Below are positions 12,511-23,965 of a stretch of 64,000 nucleotides of DNA, in pieces. The notes below the pieces were generated by a model. It made no database searches and had not been told where the DNA came from. It worked only from the letters and a program-made list of their open reading frames with translations. Positions within the stretch are counted from its first letter, which is position 1; every line of letters begins with the position of its first letter. Origin of the DNA: Callorhinchus milii (taxonomy: Eukaryota); NCBI RefSeq assembly GCF_018977255.1, contig NW_024704742.1, forward strand, positions 73,410,001 to 73,474,000, written 5' to 3'. The translations under genes were made by a program, and so were the position numbers.

Positions 12511-13334
12511 TTGAATACTGAAATCTGACCCTTGTAATATCAAAGAGTTAATTGATATGTAAAATCTATCGTGTGAAGGAGGACAGCAGTGCCTGCAGTC
12601 ACGGTGCAGCCCCGCTGTCTGGGACTTCACCAACGCAGCTTCTCTCCTGGCAGTATATGGGATTGTGAGATTTGACCCCCTTTTGACCGCACCAGGGAGG
12701 GGCTCACCCGGGGATTGCAGCCCGATACAGGCTTCCTTCTTTAGATATTTCTGAGACAGCTGTAACTTGTATAAATGTTGCCAGAGAGGTTTATTTGTGG
12801 GCGGAAGCACTGTCGATACAGCGATCCTGCTGCACAGTCTTCAGTGTCCGACACACCAAGTGCTTCACTGATGGTCTTTAAAAATGCTGTGTTTGGAGGG
12901 CTTTGTACTCCAGTGAACATGTGTAGCATTTCAAGTTGGGAAATCCGAGTGCATGCACTAACCCGAGACTGTATTCTCACTGCAGGAGTCCCTGATACAT
13001 CAATTTGCTTGTTTTTTTCAAAACAAATCAAGGCTCGTGGTTTGCAATGTTGGACCATTTTGCCTAGCATGAAAACTCTCACTATCACGGACATGTTTCG
13101 ATTTAAAATTGATAATTGTCAGTGAGAAGCGCACTCAGTCTGGCCCAGATGTATAAGAATCTGCCCTCAATACCTGGCCCCTTTCCGGCTAAGGCTTTAC
13201 CCGGGGTTAAACCACACAACTGGTCAACACTGAAAATCCTCAATTCTGGAACCAGTCAATGTAACTCTGAATCCAACCACCGCTTCCTGATTTTTCCTCC
13301 ATAGGTGTATCATTTAGGGATCTGCCATTCTGAC

Positions 13335-13690
13335 TACACACACATACACGCACACACTCTCACACATACATATACACACTTTCTCTCACACATATGCACA
13401 CTCTCTCACACACACTCTCACACTCACGCGCATACTCACACACACACTCTCTCGCACATATACTCACACACTCTCTCACCCACACACTCTCTCACACATA
13501 TATACTCTCTCACACATACATACACACACTCTTTCTTACACATATGCACACTCTCACACACACTCTCACACTCATCCACTCTCTCGCACATATACTCACA
13601 CACTCTCTCACCCACACACTCTCTCACACATATATACTCTCTCACACACACACTCTCTCTCTCTCACACACACAGTCTCACACACACACA
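13335..13690. repeat. Complex (CA)/(CT) microsatellite with a higher-order internal duplication
   Basis: A >100-bp block containing ctctcgcacatatactcacacactctctcacccacacac occurs twice. Confidence 0.95.
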
Positions 13691-14774
13691 CATCACTACA
13701 GGGATCTGCCAGCAGCTCCTTCCTAATGTGACTTCACTCGTCAATCAGCAAAGCGCACACTCAAGGACCTTCATGGGTAAAAAAATACACAGCGAGAGAA
13801 ACCCTCTGCTTGAGTGAGTTGCATACAAGACATCACTGTGAGATACACACACACATTCACACACACTCTCACACGCATACACACACTCTCACACATACAC
13901 ACACTCACAGAGTCCCTAACACACATACACACACTCTCACGCACACATACACACACTCTCACACACACATACACGCACTCTCACGCACACATACACACAC
14001 TCTCACGCACACATACACACACTCACACACACATACACGCACTCTCACACACACATACACACACTCTCACGCACACATACACGCACTCTCACACACACAT
14101 ACACACACTCTCACACACACATACACACACTCTCACACACACATACACACACTCTCACACACACATACACACACTCTCACACACACATACACACACTCTC
14201 ACATACACACACTTTCACACACACATACACACACTCTCACACACACATACACACACTCACACACACATACATACACTCTCACACACACATACACACACTC
14301 TCACACATACTCACGCGTGAATGAGTTAGGACCCGGGGGGAGAGGCGGGGAATCAGCAAACACACCACGTACAGTCGAGTTCACAAATCACAGCTCCCAC
14401 CGCGATCCGCGCTGTACCTCCCGCCTCATCCCTACACACACACACACACACACACCGCCAGCTCAGCCCCACCATTCCTCCACACCTTCAGCTTTGCTGG
14501 ACGAGACGACCATTTATCATATACACTTGTCACACACTTCATCTTCATCTCTCGCAACGTGATCACCGGGAATACTGGAGCAGTGAGGAGAGCCCTCGGT
14601 CCTCCCCCTCACAGTGATGTCTTGTATGCAACTCACTCAAGCAGAGGGTTTCTCTCGCTGTGTATTTTTTTACCCTTGAAGGTCCTTGAGTGTGCGCTTT
14701 GCTGATTGACGAGTGAAGTCTACTGGTGTGACACCACATTAGGAAAGAGCTGCTGGCGGATCCCTGTAGCGATG
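13691..14774. repeat. Long inverted repeat, arms 13691-13842 and 14608-14774
   Basis: 4 substitutions over 152 bp plus one 15-bp indel (gtgtcacaccagtag present only in the right arm). Confidence 0.97.
13843..14315. repeat. CA-rich minisatellite, ~22-bp unit cacacatacacacactctcaca
   Basis: Tandem units visible directly. Confidence 0.95.
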
Positions 14775-15095
14775 TGTGTGTGTGCGAGAGTGTGTGTGTG
14801 TGTGTGTGTGAGAGAGTGTGTGTGTGTGTGTGTGAGAGAGAGTGTGTGTGTGTGTGTATGTGAGAGAGTGTGTGTGACTGTGTGAGTGTGTGTGTGACTG
14901 TGCGAGTGTGTGTGTGAGTGTGTGTGTGAGTGAGTGAGTGAGTGAGTGTGTGTGTGTGAGTGTGTGTGTGAGTGTGTGTGTGTGAGTGTGTGTGTGACTG
15001 TGTGAGTGTGTGTGTGTGAGTGTGTGTGTGTGAGTGTGTGAGTGAGTGAGTGAGTGAGTGAGTGTGTGTGTGAGTGAGTGAGTGAGTGTGAGTGT
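14775..15095. repeat. (TG)n/(TGAG)n microsatellite
   Basis: Seen directly. Confidence 0.95.
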
Positions 15096-15857
15096 CTCTC
15101 TTCCCTTCCCAAGGTCAGCACACTCGCTGAGTATGGATTTTTCCCCCCTGCGTGAACACAGTCAGCATTTTCTTGGCGTTTGATTTACAGGGTAAGGGGA
15201 AGCTCAGCTCTGAAAGTATTGCCGTGGGCATTGCTGCAAAAATTACCATCATTTAACAAATCCGCCCCGTGCCCCTTATTACCACATCATTTTAAAGTGC
15301 TTCTGGGCGCCGCAGGTCACAGTCCGACATCATTTCCTTGGCTTGTTCCAGGTCTCCACATCAAATGCCCTTTTTCCACAAACAATCATTCAAAAAAAAA
15401 TTCGAAGCTGAAGTCTCGACTCCTTAGTCCGACTCGAGGTTTCTCCATCCCAGGGTTAGTGGGGGACGAGGTTGGGTGGTGGTGTGGGGAGGAGGACACG
15501 ACCTTTATTTAAAGCAAAAGTGGTAGGAAGGTGATGCAGCAGGATTGAATGCAGCAGCCCTACTCTACACTAAACACAGTCCTCCCAGATCCCCATCATA
15601 TTCACCACACTGGTTTCTTCCAGGCCCGAGAGGCCATCAGGAATGCATTTTAAGTTAGAACTGTTATCAACACTCTGCATTTTGCACCGTCTGTGCAAAG
15701 CCACCTCTTGTTATTGCTCATGTTTTAAACATGGGGGGGAGGAGGGGGGTTAAAATCAAGGGGAACAGAAGCATCCTTCCCAGTGGCTGGACACCTCTCC
15801 ATCTAATCTAAAGCAAGGCTGGCGAGGCCGCTATCATCACTGGCACAGTGGATAACA

Positions 15858-15890
15858 TTCCCATCCCATCCCATCCCATCCCATCCCATC
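15858..15890. repeat. (CCCAT)n pentanucleotide repeat
   Basis: About six tandem CCCAT units. Confidence 0.95.
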
Positions 15891-18800
15891 GGCAGCTCTC
15901 ATTCTGCTCCAGCACAGAGCGCTGCAGAGCAGTTACACCCGACTGTCACCCTATCGTGTTCACACGCACACCGAGATGCTTATAACAGCAACAATAATAA
16001 TAATCCTCGCATTTGATATAGCGCTTGTCACGTCTGCTAGACGCCTCAAAGCGCTTGCACAGAATATGCTGTAAAGTGAATTGACCGAATATGTGCGGTG
16101 TGCACAAATGAAATGTTTTCATGGGCGATTACGAACTCGCCAGTCATTTCCTAAATGTACAAGACCCGCACTTGGACTGATGTGACCGATGTGGAGACCT
16201 GCTCGGGGAGGGGAGCAGTGTGAAGGCAGATGCTGACTTGCCAGCAGCTGCGCTCAGTCCATTGCCCATTTGCAATCACATCTCCGCTTGTGTGGTTTCA
16301 CGTGGTTTGTTGTACTACAGCATTTCCATATTCCTGCACATTTGTTCTAACCGCCTTCCCCCGCCTGAGCCCGACAGGAGCTGTGTCCTCGCACCAATGT
16401 GGGCTTCAGCCGTTTGCAAACCGCAGTAACCGTATCCGTAAAAAGGGGAGTGAAATGATTTCTGTTCTGTCCTTTGCAAAACCACCGGCGTTGACTGCCG
16501 CTGTTCGAAAGAGGTGGTTCCCACCACCGTCCATTCCTGTCACTACTCTATCCCCCGGGGCTGTCGCCTCGCTTCTCCTTTCCCAACGTGTTATCTATCA
16601 CACGCGTTATTAATTCTCACCAGAATAAGCCCAACGATGTCCCGATAACAAAGCGCAAGGGGGTGAGGTGTCTGTTACTGTGATCTGGTGGGTCCGGGGT
16701 TCACCTTTCCCCTGAGAGCGACGTTGAGCCAAACCCACCTCAGGAGCAGCTAAAGTTGGGGAACAGTGAGCGTTGGAAAGAGAAGGTCGATGTGAAGTGC
16801 TCAGAGACCCCCCCACTGGACGGCAAATCACCGCACCGAGAGGTGTGCGATCTGCTCGGAAAGGAAGGAGCCGGTCTCTGGGAAGTGAGGAATATCACTG
16901 GACTCTACAGTAAAGGAGACATACATTAGTATTGAGTGTGTGTGTCTGTTGCGGGAGGGGTGGGGGTGGAGGGGTTGGGCAGAGTATGGATGTGTGTATG
17001 TGCGGATTGGTGCAGGGGGAGAGGGAGGGAGGGTTAGGAGTTATTTTTAGTGTGAGTGCAGAGCCGCGATGTGCCAGTGTTGCTGAGACACGGGAGGTGC
17101 AGGAGCCGGAGCTGTTTTTTTCAGCACTCACACATCCCTCCACTCTCACTCAACGTGTAGATCGGGTAAGAGACCGCACCATCCGCATTCCTCCATCACT
17201 CACTAACATCACAGACAGGCACCGTGTCAGCCACAAACCCTGACTCCGGTTCAAGCTGTTTGCTGGTTGTGTGCGGTACCGGATTGTGCACCAAAGGGAT
17301 GACCTTGTTCCCACGCTGTGAAGAGCGAAAGCTCAGTTTGCCAAAGGCGCTCACTCTTTACTGACATAACGTAACCAAGACTTCGTGTTTGAGAGCTTCA
17401 CTGAGTATTTGTAGCCCGAAATCAGACTGCGGGGCAGGTCACAAACTTGGATCCGTTAATGTAACAGTAGAGATCCGGTCCACACAGCGGTGTGGTCTTT
17501 AGGGGTCAGATGCTTTTCTTCCAAGTGTGTTTGGCTTCTCTCGTCGGTTACTCGCGGTCTGTGTACCATTGCTGACAGTCGAGTGGGTGCATTTCTTTTC
17601 CTATTGAGAAGGGCGCGTGGACCGATCTCGTGTTTTCCGATGGTCAGAGTCAATATGGGAATGGTTTTGCTGACAGCGCTTGAATTGCCTGGTCTGAGCT
17701 CGCCGTGCAAACCTACAGCAGTGTGTAAAGGGACGTCCTGCCGGGGCTCGTGTGATGACAGGCGTTACATTGCTGTGTCAGCACTGGCAGCCAACGCTGA
17801 GGGCACAGAGTGAGTGAAGCGATCTAGTTATAAAAGTAACCTCCATCGTTTTGCTGTGTGAGTGAAGCCAGCCTTGGCACTTCAAAGGCACTCGGTGGAT
17901 TCCCGTGTCCTACACATGCTCTCTTCAAGGGCATAAATAGGGCTAAATGATCACCTATAAGCGCAGCAGTTACTGCTGTTACGCTTTCAGGAAGATCCAA
18001 TGGATGTCCCTCTAGTCAGGATGTTCTGTCAGACGTAACCAGAGACTGCAAAATATAAAATCTCACCTTCATTTGTTTCCTTGATGAGAGTAAAATACAA
18101 ATATGATGNTTTTTTCCCGATTGGTACAATATTTCAAGTGCATTTAGAAAATACCCCGTGCATAAATAAGGAGGCAATATCCCTGGTGTCAGCCTATTGA
18201 TTTGGCTAAAACGCTGGCTGATGAGGAAGCAGTGCTGTAAATGTGTTAGAAGATCAAGAGGGCTGCGGGAATGGTAAGTGAAGGATGGGAGGACCAGGGA
18301 AGGAAGACAAGGCGATGCTTGAACTGAGAGATACAGAACTAGTGAGAAACCCCTGAAAATGCGGCAAAGCGTCCGGCACGTGGAACCCAACTCACCAGCC
18401 CACTGTGACCACCCAGGTCCACGGGTAACACACACATTCATAGCAAACTGCTTGTCCTCCTCCAGAGAGATTGCTCCTGGAAATGGAAGATAATTTAATG
18501 ATCCACTTTAAATGTGGATCTTCTGAAAGAAGAGGCAAATCCAATAGCTTTAACTCTTAAGTAAAAGTAAAATATCCGCACATTCTCACACACTGAAGGC
18601 ACATACAGTATAAGTATACTCAAATGGGCAGCAGCACTTTAATTTCCAGGCTATTATCCTGATCTCCTTGTCCACCCATGAGATCCCCGGGATAAGATCC
18701 CAAACGCCTGACCCGGGCTCCCTTCCTCCACAGGATGGAGACCTGCCTTCCAGGATCCCAAGCCCTTTCCCAGGATACAGACCTTTCTCCCACAGTATTC

Positions 18801-20459
18801 AACCCCATACAGGGTATTAGCTTCCTCACTCATCGATGACCTCTCCTGGAGAATACAGGACCCCTTCCCCTCTGCAGAGTTTCCTCACTAGGATTCTTAG
18901 GATTCCAGGATAAGCTCATCACAAGGGTTGATGAGGTCTCCCTCCAGGTTCAGACTCTCAGGCTGCTTTGTAGGCTCTGAATCTCGGTGATGGGATGGGG
19001 TGCGGTTGGTGGGGGTGGTGGTGATGGGGGGGGGGGGAGGGGGGGGGGTCAGACACCCCACTGACCAAAAGCAAATCGCGCTCATAGCCACAACAGGGCT
19101 CTGGCCGGAATTCTAAGACTTTATTTGGGGCTGGAAACTGTGAATTCAGTTTGTAGATCTCCTGTTTTCAGATGCTCTGGACTCTGCCTCTCTGTGAGAT
19201 GAAGGGGACCAGGGCATGAAGCTCAGCGCAGGGGGCGAGCTCTCTCTGGCACTGTGGGGCAGGGGCTCGCCCCTCACTCCTCAAGAGCTGCTGGTGTGTG
19301 CTCTTCTCATCGGTAGGGGGCGTTGGCTTTGTGCAATCGGGGAGAACAAGGAATTGTAATTGTAAGAGAGAGAGGAAGCAATAACAACGGCCAATGAACC
19401 CTCCCTTACATGGAGTTTAACACAAAGCCATCCAAGCGGAGCAGAAACACAGGAGATTTTAGAAATGGAAAGAACAAACGAAGCAAATTACTTCCATTTA
19501 AAATGAGACGCCCTCTGCCAGGTACTGATTTTAACCTCTGCAGAAGTTAGAGGAGGACAGCTGATGATTGTAGGAGATATTAGTTGTGTACAGGATGTTT
19601 AAGATTGAGCAGGTGGCCTTGGTTGCCTCACTTCATGAGGCTATATCTGGTCTATCATCCGTGCTTCTATGAGCCAGCCCATATATTCCCCTCTTATACA
19701 ATGTTTTTATGATAATTGTAAGCTGCAAATCCTTTTTGAAGTTTACCTTTTGTTATGATATATCACAAAGGCCAGTGACTTCTGACAACAGTGTGAACCG
19801 CCCAATAAATCAGCTGTATTTCACACAAATTTAATAAATCTCAAAAAGCACCTTTAACAGTGTCATGTTTCATTTGTGAGGTCTCAGAATGCAAGCTCAC
19901 ACTTTAGGCTCGAAGAGTTACCATGTTATCACAGCAGTTAATTATTTAATAGTTCTGGGATTATCAGTAAAAAAAAACAAAGGGCACTATCATGCGTTTC
20001 TGTTAGAAATTTAGGGCTAAATGGAAGAAGAAAAATTAAACTGTTAAAAATTCATGTTAAGAGTCCATGTGAATGTCTTGCAGCCAATATGAGATTGCAG
20101 CAGGAATAATACCTGGTCACTGTTTGAAAAGGCATTTGGAGTAAAATTCTGCCCAAATACATATGTTATTTTATTGACTTCTGGTATTGGTGGGCAAAGA
20201 ATGGTTTGTTTCTATGAGACAGCAAAGGAGATCTGAAACACTGCATACACTGCATCTTTGAAGTTTATAATATTAATCTTCCCCAATGTTTTAAGTGTCC
20301 AAGAATGATTTCCTAATACCTAGTCGGAGTTATTACATGTCATATGGAAGTCCAAAATTACAGACTTACTTACTTACTGTAGTATCTGTCATGGATATTA
20401 ACAAATGCATTCCTCTGCAGAGGAATACATTGCAGTACCGAGGGAACAATCTGTGTCAC

Positions 20460-20640
20460 AATAATAATAATCCTTGCATTTGATAAAGCACCTTATCACA
20501 TCTTCTAGACATCTAAAGCACTTCACAGAATATACTGTAAAGTGAATTGACTTTATATTTTGTGGGTGAAACGTAGCAACCAATTGCACACAGCCCTATT
20601 CCACAAACAGTCGTGGATTGAGTGACCAAATTCTTATTAT
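20460..20640 (-). mobile_element. SINE 3' half
   Basis: aataataatccttgcatttgata...ccacaaacagtcgtggattgagtgaccaaa. Confidence 0.85.
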
Positions 20641-20954
20641 TTGCTTCTGAATTCTGAATAATCTGCAGGTTGTGCAGTGAAGAGTTTGGAAAGTCTGGTG
20701 AGCAAAAGTCAAGCAAAAGTCACTAAAAATAATGAATTGGTCATGCATCTCATTGGTATTTGTAGGATATTTGCTAATGCAGATTATCTACCATGTTTGC
20801 TTACGTAATGCTCACTGTGTTTCAACAATTGTGTTGGTGATGTTGTGATATGGCGAGTGAGGCACTGTTGTCTATCAAATACAAGGATCTTGTACTTGCT
20901 TTTACTAGACCTACATGTACATTACTTTCCATTTTCAGAAGGCCACTGTCTTAT

Positions 20955-22790
20955 TAAGGTATTTTCTGCAGTATTACACAAAGGCGTAATTGGACAGACA
21001 AGATAAAAGCATATCCTATGTACAAATGTCTAAAAAGCAAGTTATCTTCATTATAACCTGCAACACTACATACAAAACATACAGGGGGTTTATACTAAAA
21101 CAGTGTCACAAGTAAAGTGTCCTCAACATTACAGTTTAGAAGAACAACATTGTCGCACTACAAGCTATTTGTCAAGAATCAAATGCACAAGCTACTTATT
21201 AAGAATCAATTCATGCACATTATGCTTCAAAGCATTGAAACCATTGTTCCATATAAGTCTGGATGCCGTCATTTAGCACTGCACATTCCAAATGTTGAAC
21301 CCCAGCTTACAGTCTGACAAATTGACATTGATTGATTGAAGTGTAGCAGCCAGAGGAAATACCCACGACCTGCTGTGCACTGTCATGCTCCTGTCTAACA
21401 ATGCATATTCTGTACGCAAATAAATGATGTGCCACACTGAGGTGAGATCACTGTGTATGGGTTGGGGGATTAAAACTGGAATTCCGCATAGCAGCAATGG
21501 TACCACATCCTCTGTGGTGATTTATTTAGAGAAGAATCAATGGTCATAATATTGTCAGCATCAATAGGTGCTTCTGCACTATGTACTGCTGGCGTCATTG
21601 ATAGCGCCAAAGTTTCAAGCATGAATCTTCGTGAATAATTATTGCTCACACGCATACTATAAAATGTGTCATCTACAGTCTAAATGTCCCATACATCACG
21701 AGCACACATTGATGCGTGATTGCTCAAAACACGAGCAACAGCAGACTGGATCTCTAATAGTGCAATATCAAATGCAAGGATTACTTATACTATTCTGAGT
21801 TATTAAAATAATAATAATCTTTGTATTTGATAAAACGCCTTATTGCGTCTTCAAGACGTCTCACACGCTTCACAGAATATACTGTAAGGAGAATTCACTG
21901 TATATTTTGTGGGCAAAACGTGGCAGCCAAATGCGCACAGCAGTGTCCCACAAACAGTTGTGGATTGAGTGACCAATTTTCAAATTTTTTTTGAAGGAAT
22001 TATTATCTCTTAATTATCATTATTTCTAGAAATGGCTGATTCTGAAGTTATTTATATCATTCAACCTAAGGCAAGAATAGTAATCTGCAGTCCATGGCCA
22101 GTAGACAGTATTTACCATGGGAGCTAATCCGAAGTATATGTTCCACTGTGTGGTTGCCATTATCAGAGGACATAGCATTAGTTGTGGTTTAAGGACAAAG
22201 GTCAATCCATAGCTGAGGATGATAAAGTCTGTCAGAGATGTCTGAAGTTTTGCTGCAGCAGAGTCCAATCCACTTACAATTCCACCTCTCGATGTACTTA
22301 CCAAAACTTTGACAGTAACCATTAGAGCGTTTGAAGGAGATACACCAATCTCCTGCATGATCCTTAAAATGCGATCCCTTATCCAGGCAAATATGTTTTG
22401 AGTTAGCTCCTAACTTCTATGTGCATCTATATGCAAGTTAGACACCCCATTCTTACTGGACTCCTGTGACAATGCTGAGCAGCCATATGACGATTCTAGA
22501 TATTATAGCAAAGGTAATAAATATAAGGCAATACTACATGATGTTCTTGCAGCTAGGATTGCCCTATCCATTAGAGATTTGTCTTGCATTCATAGCTTTA
22601 CATTGCATATTGGCAGGTCATTTGACATTGGAGCATTGCAGTCAAATCCAAATCAAAACCTGTCACTCATGTCTATACCTCCAAATTTCACTGATGTTGC
22701 AGACAAGCTTGCCAGTATTAATGGAGACCTGCCTGGTAAAACTCTCCTTGGATTTAGTTCAAATCTATCTTTCACCTCCTGCCAGGACAT
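20955..22790 (-). pseudogene. Decayed intronless coding fossil of unknown origin, candidate endogenous viral element
   Basis: Manual translation from ATG 22790 gives 255 codons with 4 internal stops (MSWQEVKDRFELNPRRVLPGRSPL...WIRDRILRIMQEIGVSPSNAL...); continues past a SINE as LEIQSAVARVLSNH...YSMRVSNNYSRRFMLE..., then with frameshifts ...WVFPLAATLQ... and ...YNEDNLLFRHLYIGY. Confidence 0.6.
21806..22010 (-). mobile_element. SINE 3' half inserted in the decayed ORF, with a short plus-strand SINE tail at ~21758-21785
   Basis: Matches the SINE body and tail; whole insertion flanked by atctcta (21750-21756) and atttcta (22022-22028). Confidence 0.85.
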
Positions 22791-23599
22791 TTTTTAGATA
22801 TAGTACTAATTTTATCAAATGATTAACTACTTGATAAAAGAATTGTCTACATAAACAGGCAGATTGGACCTTGGTTTAATGACCCATCCAAAGGATGGTA
22901 CCTCTGACAATATAGCTTTCCAAGTACTCCTTGGAGTTTTAGCCTAGATTGGAGTTCAAAGTCACAACATGTGACTTGAGCCCACAACCTTGGGACTCTG
23001 ACGCTGATTTCCTTCTGACAACTTTCTGAATTTGACAGCACTATTAGTACTGTATACTTCAATTACAGATAGCATTTCACAAAATGAAATGCAGTATATG
23101 TAGTACAAAAAGTCTGTGATTATAATTACATTTGCAACATTAATACATCAACACTCAAATACATGATAACTTGTGGGGAAGATAGCAGCTTTGATTGATA
23201 GAAATAATATCAACATCAGTAAACAGAAGAACAGAAAAAACACCTAAATTACATAATAACTAGCTGTCAAATAAGGCGTTGTTGGGATTTTTAAATGCTC
23301 AATATGGGGAAAAAAACAAGTATGCTTATTTATTTAAGATTATTGAATGCTTTTCTAACCTCCATCAGTGTGCTCTAAATTTTACTGAGGCAATGATTGT
23401 TTTCCAGATAAGCTTCCTCACCTGAATAGAGATAGCCCAGCCTTTCCACCAACATTCAAAACATTCTTTGGATGAACCATAAACCCCTGCACAGGAGCTT
23501 TGAGCTAAGATTTGCAACTCTGATGGTTGCTCATTTGCTCTGGAGCTGAATGTGTAATGGGATGCACTATAATTATAAATACTGTATTTTTTTTCCATT

Positions 23600-23965
23600 C
23601 TTTTTTATCCTTTTAGGAATTTGACTCATTTTTTCCTCCTCTCCTAACCCTCAATGAACATCAGTTAACCTCTGGTAATCTTTCTAACAAGAGCCTTGAT
23701 AGTTAATATAGGCAAGCTATTTGCCCATTGTGAGAGGGGTTGAGAAACAAACAGACCTGATCTTGATGTCTCCCAATGACCACACACAGGTAGGTACAAG
23801 GTTGCTAGATAGCAATCAGGAGTGGGAATCCTGACTGATTTCCCTTTCCTTACCCAGAACTCTAAGGTCAAAAGCTGCAGTGGCTGAGATCAGCTAATTC
23901 AGCCCAGACCTAGCATTTGCCTGATCTGTACTGCTCCATTGATAACTGGATGAACTCACCAAGAA
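23600..23965 (-). mobile_element. Ancient MamSINE1-like tRNA SINE
   Basis: Reverse complement has ctgggctgaattagctgatctcagcc...aaatcagtcaggattcccactcctgattgctatc, resembling the MamSINE1 consensus as I recall it; related copy at 33930-34355. Confidence 0.6.

Larger units (their letters stand above)
14320..19450. promoter_or_regulatory. CpG-island-like, nearly transposon-free region (core ~16.1-17.9 kb); probable promoter or enhancer
   Basis: Visibly high CpG and GC relative to flanks, G-runs, CCAAT (ggccaatga ~19389), strong splice donors on both strands. Confidence 0.7.

Noticed and set aside
13305..15121. Long His/Thr-rich ORFs up to 250 aa
   Set aside because: Translation artefacts of (CA)n/(TG)n tracts
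17873..17895. cttggcacttcaaaggcactcg resembles miR-96/miR-1271 family sequences
   Set aside because: No complementary arm on either side
20955..22790. Specific viral assignments for the fossil (reovirus RdRp or core protein, mononegaviral L capping domain, orthomyxo-like PB1)
   Set aside because: Only isolated 4-6 residue resemblances with inconsistent spacing and no catalytic motifs; needs a real search
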